This document shows, in pieces, positions 1 to 11,670 of a stretch of DNA of 64,000 bases. Within the stretch, counting starts at the first letter, position 1. Each line of letters starts with the position of its first letter. Position numbers and translations under genes: made by a program. The stretch is from Eledone cirrhosa (taxonomy: Eukaryota), in contig OZ024742.1 of the NCBI GenBank assembly GCA_964016885.1, positions 248,001-312,000 on the forward strand, given 5' to 3'. The notes under the pieces were generated by a model. That model was not told where the DNA came from. It was given only the letters and a program-made list of their open reading frames with translations, and did no database searches.

Positions 1-3000
1 GGGAACAGTAGCGGGGTGGAGGTGGTGGGGACAGTAGTGGGGTGGAGGTGGTGGGGGTTAGTAGTGGGGTGGAGGTGGTGGGGACAGTAGTGGGGTGGAG
101 GTGGTGGGAACAGTAGTGGGGTGGAGGTGGTGGGGACAGTAGTGGGGTGGAGGTGGTGGGGACAGTAGCGGGGTGGAGGTGGTGGGGACAGTAGTGGGGT
201 GGAGGTGGTGGGGGTTAGTAGTGGGGTGGAGGTGGTGGGGACAGTAGTGGGGTGGAGGTGGTGGGGACAGTAGTGGGGTGGAGGTGGTGGGGACAGTAGC
301 GGGGTGGAGGTGGTGGGGACAGTAGTGGGGTGGAGGTGGTGGGGACAGTAGTGGGGTGGAGGTGGTGGGGGTTAGTAGTGGGGTGGAGGTGGTGGGGACA
401 GTAGTGGGGTGGAGGTGGTGGGGACAGTAGTGGGGTGGAGGTGGTGGGGACAGTAGCGGGGTGGAGGTGGTGGGAACAGTAGTGGGGTGGAGGTGGTGGG
501 GACAGTAGCGGGGTGGAGGTGGTGGGGACAGTAGCGGGGTGGAGGTGGTGGGGACAGTAGCGGGGTGGAGGTGGTGGGGACAGTAGTGGAGTGGAGGTGG
601 TGGGGGTTAGTAGCGGGGTGGAGGTGGTGGGGACAGTAGCGGGGTGGAGGTGTCGGCGACATTAGCGGGGTGGAGGCGGTGGGGTCAATAGCGGGGTGGA
701 GGTGGTGGGGACAGTAGCGGGGTGGAGGTGTCGGCGACATTAGCGGGGTGGAGGCGGTGGGGTCAATAGCGGGGTGGAGGTGGTGGGGACAGTAGCGGGG
801 TGGAGGTGGTGGGGACAGTAGCGGGGTGGAGGTGGTGGGGACAGTAGCGGGGTGGAGGTGGTGGGGACAGTAGCGGGGTGGAGGTGGTGGGGACAGTAGC
901 GGGGTGGAGGTGGTGGGGACAGTAGTGGGGTGGAGGTGGTGGGGACAGTAGCGGGGTGGAGGTGGTGGGGACAGTAGCGGGGTGGAGGTGGTGGGGGTCA
1001 GTAGTGGGGTGGAGGTGGTGGGGGTCAGTAGTGGGGTGGAGGTGGTGGGGGACAGTAGTGGGGTGGAGGTGGTGGGGACAGTAGTGGGGTGGAGGTGGTG
1101 GGGACAGTAGTGGGGTGGAGGTGGTGGGGACAGTAGCGGGGTGGAGGTGGTGGGGACAGTAGCGGGGTGGAGGTGGTGGGGACAGTAGTGGGGTGGAGGT
1201 GGTGGGGACAGTAGTGGGGTGGAGGTGGTGGGGACAGTAGTGGGGTGGAGGTGGTGGGGACAGTAGCGGGGTGGAGGTGGTGGGGACAGTAGCGGGGTGG
1301 AGGTGGTGGGGACAGTAGCGGGGTGGAGGTGGTGGGGACAGTAGTGGGGTGGAGGTGGTGGGGACAGTAGCGGGGTGGAGGTGGTGGGGACAGTAGTGGG
1401 GTGGAGGTGGTGGGGACAGTAGCGGGATGGAGGTGGTGGGGGTCAGTAGTGGGGTGGAGGTGGTGGGGACAGTAGTGGGGTGGAGGTGGTGGGGACAGTA
1501 GTGGGGTGGAGGTGGTGGGGACAGTAGTGGGGTGGAGGTGGTGGGGGTCAGTAGTGGGGTGGAGGTGGTGGGGACAGTAGTGGGGTGGAGGTGGTGGGGA
1601 CAGTAGTGGGGTGGAGGTGGTGGGGACAGTAGTGGGGTGGAGGTGGTGGGGACAGTAGCGGGGTGGAGGTGGTGGGGACAGTAGCGGGGTGGAGGTGGTG
1701 GGGACAGTAGCGGGGTGGAGGTGGTGGGGACAGTAGTGGGGTGGAGGTGGTGGGGACAGTAGTGGGGTGGAGGTGGTGGGGACAGTAGCGGGGTGGAGGT
1801 GGTGGGGACAGTAGTGGGGTGGAGGTGGTGGGGGTCAGTAGTGGGGTGGAGGTGGTGGGGACAGTAGTGGGGTGGAGGTGGTGGGGACAGTAGTGGGGTG
1901 GAGGTGGTGGGGACAGTAGTGGGGTGGAGGTGGTGGGGACAGTAGCGGGGTGGAGGTGGTGGGGACAGTAGCGGGGTGGAGGTGGTGGGGACAGTAGTGG
2001 GGTGGAGGTGGTGGGGACAGTAGTGGGGTGGAGGTGGTGGGGACAGTAGCGGGGTGGAGGTGGTGGGGACAGTAGTGGGGTGGAGGTGGTGGGGACAGTA
2101 GCGGGGTGGAGGTGGTGGGGACAGTAGTGGGGTGGAGGTGGTGGGGACAGTAGCGGGGTGGAGGTGGTGGGGACAGTAGCGGGGTGGAGGTGGTGGGGAC
2201 AGTAGTGGGGTGGAGGTGGTGGGGACAGTAGTGGGGTGGAGGTGGTGGGGACAGTAGTGGGGTGGAGGTGGTGGGGACAGTAGCGGGGTGGAGGTGGTGG
2301 GGACAGTAGTGGGGTGGAGGTGGTGGGGACAGTAGTGGGGTGGAGGTGGTGGGGACAGTAGTGGGGTGGAGGTGGTGGGGACAGTAGCGGGGTGGAGGTG
2401 GTGGGGACAGTAGCGGGGTGGAGGTGGTGGGGACAGTAGTGGGGTGGAGGTGGTGGGGACAGTAGTGGGGTGGAGGTGGTGGGGACAGTAGCGGGGTGGA
2501 GGTGGTGGGGACAGTAGTGGGGTGGAGGTGGTGGGGACAGTAGCGGGGTGGAGGTGGTGGGGACAGTAGTGGGGTGGAGGTGGTGGGGACAGTAGCGGGG
2601 TGGAGGTGGTGGGGACAGTAGTGGGGTGGAGGTGGTGGGGACAGTAGTGGGGTGGAGGTGGTGGGGACAGTAGTGGGGTGGAGGTGGTGGGGACAGTAGT
2701 GGGGTGGAGGTGGTGGGGACAGTAGCGGGGTGGAGGTGGTGGGGACAGTAGTGGGGTGGAGGTGGTGGGGACAGTAGCGGGGTGGAGGTGGTGGGGACAG
2801 TAGTGGGGTGGAGGTGGTGGGGACAGTAGTGGGGTGGAGGTGGTGGGGACAGTAGTGGGGTGGAGGTGGTGGGGACAGTAGTGGGGTGGAGGTGGTGGGG
2901 ACAGTAGCGGGGTGGAGGTGGTGGGGACAGTAGTGGGGTGGAGGTGGTGGGGACAGTAGTGGGGTGGAGGCGGTGGGGTCAATAGCGGGGTGGAGGTGGT

Positions 3001-4095
3001 GGGGACAGTAGCGGGGTGGAGGTGGTGGGGACAGTAGTGGGGTGGAGGTGGTGGGGACAGTAGCGGGGTGGAGGTGGTGGGGACAGTAGTGGGGTGGAGG
3101 TGGTGGGGACAGTAGTGGGGTGGAGGTGGTGGGGACAGTAGTGGGGTGGAGGTGGTGGGGACAGTAGTGGGGTGGAGGTGGTGGGGACAGTAGTGGGGTG
3201 GAGGTGGTGGGGACAGTAGTGGGGTGGAGGCGGTGGGGTCAATAGCGGGGTGGAGGTGGTGGGGACAGTAGTGGGGTGGAGGTGGTGGGGACAGTAGTGG
3301 GGTGGAGGTGGTGGGGACAGTAGTGGGGTGGAGGTGGTGGGGACAGTAGTGGGGTGGAGGTGGTGGGGACAGTAGTGGGGTGGAGGTGGTGGGGACAGTA
3401 GTGGGGTGGAGGTGGTGGGGACAGTAGTGGGGTGGAGGTGGTGGGGACAGTAGTGGGGTGGAGGTGGTGGGGACAGTAGCGGGGTGGAGGCGGTGGGGTC
3501 AATAGCGGGGTGGAGGTGGTGGGGACAGTAGTGGGGTGGAGGTGGTGGGGACAGTAGTGGGGTGGAGGTGGTGGGGACAGTAGTGGGGTGGAGGTGGTGG
3601 GGACAGTAGTGGGGTGGAGGTGGTGGGGACAGTAGTGGGGTGGAGGTGGTGGGGACAGTAGTGGGGTGGAGGTGGTGGGGACAGTAGTGGGGTGGAGGTG
3701 GTGGGGACAGTAGTGGGGTGGAGGTGGTGGGGACAGTAGTGGGGTGGAGGTGGTGGGGACAGTAGTGGGGTGGAGGTGGTGGGGACAGTAGCGGGGTGGA
3801 GGCGGTGGGGTCAATAGCGGGGTGGAGGTGGTGGGGACAGTAGTGGGGTGGAGGTGGTGGGGACAGTAGCGGGGTGGAGGTGGTGGGGTCAGTAGGGGGG
3901 TTGGAGGTGGTGGGCGTCAGTAAGGGGGTGGAGGTGGTGGGGTCAGTAGGGGAGTTGGAGGGAGTGGAGGTGGTGGGGGTCAGTGGTGGGGTCAGTAGTG
4001 GGGTGGCGGCGACATTAGTGGGGTGAATGTGGTGGGGGTCAGTAGCGGGGTGGAGGTGGTGGGGACAGTAGCGGGGTGGAGGTGGTGGGGACAGT
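1..4095. repeat. 26-bp G-rich tandem array (GGGGTGGAGGTGGTGGGGACAGTAGY)n, runs off the window start
   Basis: Unit read directly; the 26-aa period of the minus-strand ORFs equals 3 x 26 bp; degenerates after ~3880. Confidence 0.97.
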
Positions 4096-4415
4096 AGAAG
4101 GGGGTCAGTGGGAGTGGTTGGGGATTAGTAGGGATGGAGGGGATGTCAGTGGAGGTGGTCAGTGGTGGTGGAGGGGGGATCAGATGAGTGTGAGAGAGAT
4201 CAACTGTGTAGGAGGAAGGGAGGGTATCAGAAGTGTTTGTGTGACCAAATGTGTTTGTGTATGTGATAAGATGTGTGGGTATGTGTGTACATGTCACCAA
4301 TATGTGTGTACATGTCAAATATTGTTTAGAGATGTTTACCAGAGACACGGGGAGGGTGGAGTCATGTAAACAATACACACCACTACCCCCTACCCCCCAC
4401 CATCACCACCATCCC

Positions 4416-5815
4416 ACTACTGGTGTCGCAGCACTAGTGGTGTCACAGCACTACTGGTGTCGCAACACTACTGGTGTCGCAACACTACTGGTATCGCAGC
4501 ACTAGTGGTGTCACAGCACTACTGGTGTCGCAGCACTACTGGTGTCGCAACACTACTGGTGTCGCAACACTACTGGTGTCACAGCACTACTGGTGTCGCA
4601 ACACTACTGGTGTCGCAGCACTACTGGTGTCGCAGCACTACTGGTGTCGCAGCACTACTGGTGTCGCAACACTACTGGTGTCACAACACTACTGGTGTCG
4701 CAACACTACTGGTGTCGCAACACTACTGGTGTCGCAACACTACTGGTGTCGCAACACTACTGGTGTCGCAACACTACTGGTGTCGCAACACTACTGGTGT
4801 CGCAACACTACTGGTGTCGCAACACTACTGGTGTCGCAACACTACTGGTGTCGCAACACTACTGGTGTCGCAACACTACTGGTGTCACAGCACTACTGGT
4901 GTCGCAACACTACTGGTGTCGCAACACTACTGGTGTCGCAACACTACTGGTGTCGCAACACTACTGGTGTCGCAACACTACTGGTGTCGCAACACTACTG
5001 GTGTCGCAACACTACTGGTGTCGCAACACTACTGGTGTCGCAACACTACTGGTGTCGCAACACTACTGGTGTCGCAACACTACTGGTGTCGCAACACTAC
5101 TGGTGTCGCAACACTACTGGTGTCGCAACACTACTGGTGTCGCAACACTACTGGTGTCGCAACACTACTGGTGTCGCAACACTACTGGTGTCACAGCACT
5201 ACTGGTGTCACAACACTACTGGTGTCACAACACTACTGGTGTCGCAACACTACTGGTGTCGCAACACTACTGGTGTCGCAACACTACTGGTGTCACAGCA
5301 CTACTGGTGTCACAGCACTACTGGTGTCGCAACACTACTGGTGTCGCAACACTACTGGTGTCGCAACACTACTGGTGTCGCAACACTACTGGTGTCGCAA
5401 CACTACTGGTGTCGCAACACTACTGGTGTCGCAACACTACTGGTGTCGCAACACTACTGGTGTCACAGCACTACTGGTGTCACAGCACTACTGGTGTCGC
5501 AACACTACTGGTGTCGCAACACTACTGGTGTCGCAACACTACTGGTGTCGCAACACTACTGGTGTCGCAACACTACTGGTGTCACAGCACTACTGGTGTC
5601 GCAGCACTACTGGTGTCGCAACACTACTGGTGTCGCAACACTACTGGTGTCGCAACACTACTGGTGTCGCAACACTACTGGTGTCACAACACTACTTGTG
5701 GCCTAACACTACTGGTGTCACAACACTACTGGTGTCACAACACTACTTGTGGCCTAACACTACTGGTGTCGCAACACTACTGGTGTCACAACACTACTTG
5801 TGGCCTAACACTACT
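4416..5815. repeat. 17-bp tandem array (ACTACTGGTGTCGCAAC)n, ~82 units
   Basis: Unit read directly; all three + frames give the same 17-aa repeat, as expected for a stop-free 17-mer. Confidence 0.97.
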
Positions 5816-6036
5816 GAACTTGGCCGCTTGAACTACTTCCATGGATGAGAACATTTAAAAGGAAAATATATTCAGAAACAAGGAAGAACTCACAAGAAAA
5901 CATACAAGACAAAGACAAGATTGAGTAAACAGAATAAGACAATAAAGAAGAGGAGTAGAACAAATAGTCATTGAGGAGGTCACAGGAGTGTGATGAAAGA
6001 ACTTTGGCAAAATAACCTATAACCAGAAACTACTAA

Positions 6037-6704
6037 TCTATATATCTCAAACAGAGAATGCCTGTCTGTCTGTCTCCCTAAAACTCAAGAACTACCCAAC
6101 CCATTTTTTTTATTACACATGTAATACTTATGGTCGTGTGAGTGTTTTGAGCAAAAAATATTTCGAATTTTCAATGCCCTAGGGAACAAATTAGGCGCCG
6201 GTTAGCGATCTCTCTCTCTTTCTTAGTCTGTCTTTTTAGATAGATATATAGCTATAACGTCGCGCCCTTATAATATCTGTCTGTATGTCTGGCTGTCTAC
6301 ATTACAGCATTATGAAAATATTGACTTCGCTATCTGTGTGTGTATATATGTATATATATATTGTTCTCATTGCTGACGTATTATCTTCGTTTTTTCCGTT
6401 CATTACCAGGGAACGTCTTCACAAACCAAAGTATCGTCTTCCTATTTTCCTTCAGTTGCTACGTTTTTCAAAATATTTACTTCTGCGTTCACAGATTGAT
6501 TATTTTAGTTTCAGAAGATCCCCGTTAAGGGTGAAAGTAACGATTCTCTGCTTAAAATATAAACAAACGTATTTATTTCACGAAAGCACAAAATGTAGGC
6601 ACCATCCCGAGGCCGAGGTATTCCGTACTTCTCTGTACTGTTTCAGAAAGGAGGGATAAACATGCCAATCTAGAATCCCGAGGAACGCCGGGCCATTCTG
6701 CTAG
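6037..6704 (+). mobile_element. Non-autonomous Helitron-like element
   Basis: A|TC start (TCTATATAT followed by GTCT repeats); subterminal GC hairpin CCCGAGGAACGCCGGG at 6677-6692; CTAG|T end; no TSD. Confidence 0.7.
6507..6558 (+). ncRNA. Hammerhead-like motif, CAGAAGA-core family (diverged copy inside Helitron)
   Basis: AGTTT-CAGAAGA-TCCCCGTTAAGGGT-GAAAGTA..TGCT-T-AAAAT; flank 6360-6560 is homologous to 44990-45175. Confidence 0.55.
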
Positions 6705-6742
6705 TAATAAAACTAAAGTGAAAGTCAAATAGAGTGTGTATG

Positions 6743-6834
6743 TTATTGGTAAAAATTACAACATGACCTTCCCCAAATATATATATATATAGTGTGTGTG
6801 TGTGTGTTAATAGTAAAATTGTAAACTTGACCTT

Positions 6835-6930
<96 letters not shown>

Positions 6931-6965
6931 TTATTGGTAAAATTGACATGACCTTCCACAAATAT

Positions 6966-7008
<43 letters not shown>
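6743..7008. repeat. Compound repeat: three diverged TTATTGGTAAAA..ACATGACCTTCC units separated by (TA)n/(GT)n
   Basis: Units at ~6743, ~6807 and ~6931. Confidence 0.75.
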
Positions 7009-7012
<4 letters not shown>

Positions 7013-7181
7013 TATAGTAAGGTGCATTATTGGGTGTGCAAAACGGTCCAATAAATTTGTGTTAGCAATATTAAGTTCTCCACGCATTTGTATATCTCCA
7101 ATTCCATTCAAGGGAACAGCTAGATGATGTAAAACGGAGTATTAGTATCAAAATGAAAATCCGAACACAAAATAAAATTTC

Positions 7182-7277
7182 CAATCATTTTAATCACGAC
7201 ACATGTTTCAATAAGAGATAGATCGATCGTGAAGCCATGATTAATTATTACTGATCTCATCAGGTGAAAATGAATTG
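7182..7277 (-). ncRNA. Type I hammerhead ribozyme candidate (GUC site), downstream of and co-oriented with Naiad fragment 1
   Basis: Minus strand: CAATTCATTTTCAC-CTGATGA-(47 nt, imperfect stem II)-GAAACATGTGT-C-GTGATTAAAATGATTG; stem I is bulged. Confidence 0.65.
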
Positions 7278-8721
7278 TCTTCAAATTCTTGATATGAGGG
7301 AGAAAATTAGCAATTTTCACTCACAGATTTATTCCTTCATATGAAGATCAAGCAGTCAAAATGCGGCGACTACTATCAACTTCAGTTAAGGTCATAAAAC
7401 AGTCAAATTTCTATATCCCAAAAGTTGAAAAAGACGCTGGACATCAATCAAATCTGTACAAATACAGTCGGTCGCAGTTAATGTGAGTGGGTACACACAC
7501 ACTTAACACCCCCACACACCAACTCGAAGTCAAAGAAAAAATATATATAAATATATACACACATCAACACAGTATCAAATCTGTAGAACTATAGACGGTC
7601 ACAATTAGTGTGAGTGGGTACATACACACACCGAAGAGACGCCAAAGAAAAAACAATAAATATAAGAATATACCAACATAGCATTCACCGAAAAGTTAGT
7701 TTACAAAACAACAAATGCTACATTGGTTAAATCTCAATTTGACGATGCAAACTGGAAATATTGGGTCAACCACAGCCCCATACACACACAAGCAAGTAAA
7801 TTCAGTTCAGTGTTCTGCTATACGTGTATAGATTGAATTGTAACATCCGTATCTCCAAATAGTGTATGTTATGGTATATACACATCCGCATCGTCCAAAA
7901 AAGTGTATGTCTAGGTATATACACATCCATGTGAAGAGCAAGCAATCAGCTCATATCGAACTCAGTATGTACCGCTATCCCATTGAGAATCCGAGTCCCC
8001 AAATCTGTGCGTGCAAGCAACCGCTATATAGGCCAGCAAGGGGTTCCGTGTAGGGTTGGGTATTTGGGTTAAGGTGTCAGTAAGTGCGATTTCTCGTCAT
8101 ATGGGCCCTTGGTCTTTTAAGATAGGTGTTTGAGTGGTGGAGGTGTGTTATCCAACACAAAAAGTAAAGTAAAATAACAAAGGGTGGCAAAGCCTAGAGG
8201 ATGTGTGTAGGCCCATTAATGGTGTGTAAGTATTATTCTTCAATCCGTAACTGTGAGCACTCCATGGTTAGATGATCAAAACCTAGTGTAGTGTTCAATC
8301 GGTAGGAACGTGACCAGTCGTAACTGTGGGAACTCAATTTCTAAAGAAAACGGGTACTGTGTGTAGAGTTATGTATAGAGAGCGTAAACGGTCTTAACTG
8401 AGTGTGCCATACGTCTCGCTATATCCCAACCGAGAGAACTCAAAGGTTAGGGTATCTTAAAGTAAAGGTAAATGCGCGTAATCGGTCTTGCCTGAGTGTG
8501 TAATCATTTACTAACTAGGTATTCTGAGTGTGTGATCATTCTAACTATTTACTAACTAGGTATTCTAAAAGGCACTCAGTTGTGAGAGAACTGTGGAAAC
8601 AGACCGAGTACCGTTTGTAAGTGCGCAAACGATCTTAGCCGTCTAATTACCTGAGTGTGTGACTGTCTGTTTATTGAGAGAACTCTATGGCTAAAGTAGA
8701 GAGGGAGGAGTTATTGGTGGG

Positions 8722-10272
8722 TTACTTTCCAAAAATCCTGAGAAAGGTTTTCGAGGTTCTATGTTGGCAGTTGCTGAAAAAATCCGCTCTCCTATTAATT
8801 AATAGGGGGCCGCCTCTAATAATATTAAAGGTTTCAGCTATGCACAAATTACAGACGCCAGTGCTGCCGTTGTAAGGCTGGGCTGAGCACACTATGGACC
8901 AGGATAAGGAGTGCTCTATATTCTGTCGTTTAAGCTTCCAGACTAATTCAGAAAGCGCCGTGCTATTTTTTTTTTATCTAATCTATTAAAAGGTATGGCG
9001 GTGATTATACCATCTAGCTTTAAATTCCGTGGCAGTTGCCCCAATACACCTGAAGGTTCTATCAAGAGTGGAGACCTTACAGTCGTAGACTATGTTTTTG
9101 GTGAGGCATTTCCCAGCCATGGGGCATGTGGCGGTGTTCTTGCAATTACATTTTCTGTTATCGACCTGGGTAGTCCACGGTACCTTTTGGGTCGGGTCTC
9201 AGTTCTTGTCTGCTCTATGGGTAAGTTCCCAAGAGTTGGGGTGACCCGACTCGCCTCACGTGTATGAGTCCATTCCTCCATAGAGCTGCCATTATTACTG
9301 CCTTGTCTAATTCCCCCTTGGGCTGTCCTAAGTCTACTATAATTCATTTTAGCTATATTTTGAGCTATGTTACAAGTTGTGGAGTAGGACAGCTTGATGG
9401 TATTCCTATTGAATATTTTATAGTATCTGTGTGATCTAGGGAAGCATTTGTCTAAGGCCCTAAAGAAAAGCTTAGCTATACTAGTGGTCAGGCCAGTGGA
9501 GTAGGGGGGGAGGGGGGTTTATACCACAGGATTTTTCTGGTCCGATGCCTCTTGTTCTTACAAACTATATTAGTGTTACTTGTCTCCTTAGTAGCTAATG
9601 GTCTATTGTAACTGGAAATTGCCTGTGGGTCGATGGTGTCCTGGGGTGTCCGATTGTATTCGGAATCGTCCCAAGTCTCCAGGGCGGTGTACCCCCCGTG
9701 CAGCCATTGGGATTACCCTCGATAGTCGGGATTAAAACCACTATGCGTCTACTACACCTATCCCTATTCCCTTTACTCGATCCTCGTTCCATTTTATACA
9801 TTCAACGGTTGTTTTACCATTAAGGTTACAATTAGAGTTTCCGCTGGCGTTACGGTGCTCAGACCCCGTGTTAGTACCTGGGTGGTTGTTTCCATTGGTA
9901 CCATCATCATTGGGACTAGGAGGCAATACAACATGAAATCTATATAAATCCTCCCTCGTATCACGCCTTCTGTTAACTAAAGTGTCACTATTTTGGCCTA
10001 AGCTACCGCAGGCAATGTTGCTTCTACTATTTAATGGACGTTTGAATGAGATTCCCTCGCCATGCCCCGCGCGTTCCAGAGCGCTATTATAGTAATTCGA
10101 GATCCTATTAAAGGTGTCTTCATTGGAAGATAGTCCTGAAATTCTATTTAAACTATGTCAACGCAAAATCGAACCACCCTAGAATAGTCACTAACGGTAT
10201 TACCAAAAGCGTCTCTAGTAGAATTTCAGGACTATCTTCCAATGAAGATACCTTTAATAAGATCTCGAATTA
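8722..10272 (-). mobile_element. 5'-truncated decayed Penelope-like element (Naiad-type): RT thumb plus GIY-YIG endonuclease, with inverted 5' segment
   Basis: Manual translation across frameshifts: RISGLSSNEDTFNRISNYYNSALERAG...RKILWYKPP...KIFNRNTIKLSYSTTCN...CNCKNTATCPMAGKCLTKNIVYDCKV...CIGATATEFKARWYNH...CNLCIAE...LINRRADFFSNCQH; collinear with the element at 43258-44955. Confidence 0.88.
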
Positions 10273-10351
10273 TACCAACAGATGTTTTTGTTAAACACAT
10301 CTGGCGATGTGTTGTTCATATTCCAGAAATAAACAAATGTATTATTATTAG

Positions 10352-10482
10352 GTTAACTTTGCCTTTCATCCTTACGGGGGTTGATAAAATAAAGTACCAG
10401 TAATACACTGGGCTCAATTTAATCAACTTTCTTCTCCCCCAAATTACTGGCCTTGTACCTAAATCAGAAACCATTATTATCA
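10352..10482 (+). mobile_element. SINE 3' fragment (same family as 10487-10718 and 42265-42450)
   Basis: CTTTGCCTTTCATCCTTACGGGGGTTGATAAAATAAAGTACCAG core and (ATT)n tail. Confidence 0.75.
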
Positions 10483-10486
10483 TTTA

Positions 10487-10718
10487 GGGCATTTGATTGG
10501 CAGAATCGGTAGAGTGTTGGACTAAATAATTCGCAGCATAGAATTATGGCCCTTTACATTCTGATTTCAAATCCTGCTGAGGTTAGCTTTGCCTTTCATC
10601 CTTACAGTGTCAATAAAATAAAGCACCAGTAACGTACTGATGGTGTTTTAATCGACTTCCCCTCCTCCCAACTTGCTGGCCTTGTGCCTATAGTAGAAAT
10701 CATCATTATTATTGTTAT
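10487..10718 (+). mobile_element. Diverged tRNA-derived SINE with Nin/Deu-like core
   Basis: A-box-like TGGCAGAATCGG, B-box-like GATTTCAAATCC, GCCTTTCATCCTT..ATAAAATAAAGCACCAG core, (ATT)n tail. Confidence 0.75.
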
Positions 10719-11670
10719 TCTAAGAGATCTGGTCTTATTATAACAGCCAGTGTTAACAGATAACTGTTGTGTATTTGATGATATGACATTGTTACAGTTA
10801 AATACTGCCAACATGTAACAGGTCATCTGGAAACAGACAAGAAACAGTTCTAGTTGTCACTAAACACCAAAACAAATTTAACTGTGAAAGCCTTTATGGA
10901 TCACTTGATATGGTAAAAATAGCTAACACTCCTTCAAATTACACTTTAACTCCTATAAAAAGGCGAAAATAGATAGGATTATGTAGATCTAGCTATACCA
11001 TGTTCCACTATAAATAGCAGTGAAATATCTTTCAAATCATACCCTATCCACTTTAACTTTTAATTTCCTGTACCATATGCAACTGCATTATAAGATATAT
11101 TTTTAAAAGTACAAAACAGCACTATAAATATATCACATAAAAAATTAAAAGTCTTAAGGTTAATATCGCAAATTTTCACAATGATTTCTCAACTAGTTGA
11201 GTTGTTATAAACATTTGGATTAACAAACCCATTTATATATACTGTTAAATTATTCCAGGGTGTTAAGAGCTAAAGAAAGTAAGGACACATTAAAGAATGT
11301 GATCTCTGGTACAAACGGCAACTTATAAAATGATATAAATACCAGGGTAGCACAAGCAAGGTCTGCTGTGAACTAGATAAGCTGTGGAAATCTAACCACA
11401 AACGCAAAAGTTAGATAATTCAAAGCCACAGTGGAATGAATCTTACTGTATTTCTGTAAATCATAGTTGGTGACAATCACAAAAGATTTACATGAAAGCT
11501 AAAATGGATAAAAAACATCAAACATTGACTGTGTTAAAAACAAATCTCTTTACGGCAACTTCTCACCCATTAGCCAAACCATCTGTATCAGGTGTCAACT
11601 TGCTGGTCAAGTCATGAGACAAAGAATCTGCTACAAAACATTTACTATGGGAACACACTTATGTGAAACA

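Noticed and set aside
372-5848. Long Pro/His/Thr-rich and Cys/Trp-repeat ORFs
   Set aside because: Unit lengths of 26 and 17 bp are not multiples of 3; the ORFs are artefacts of stop-free tandem repeats
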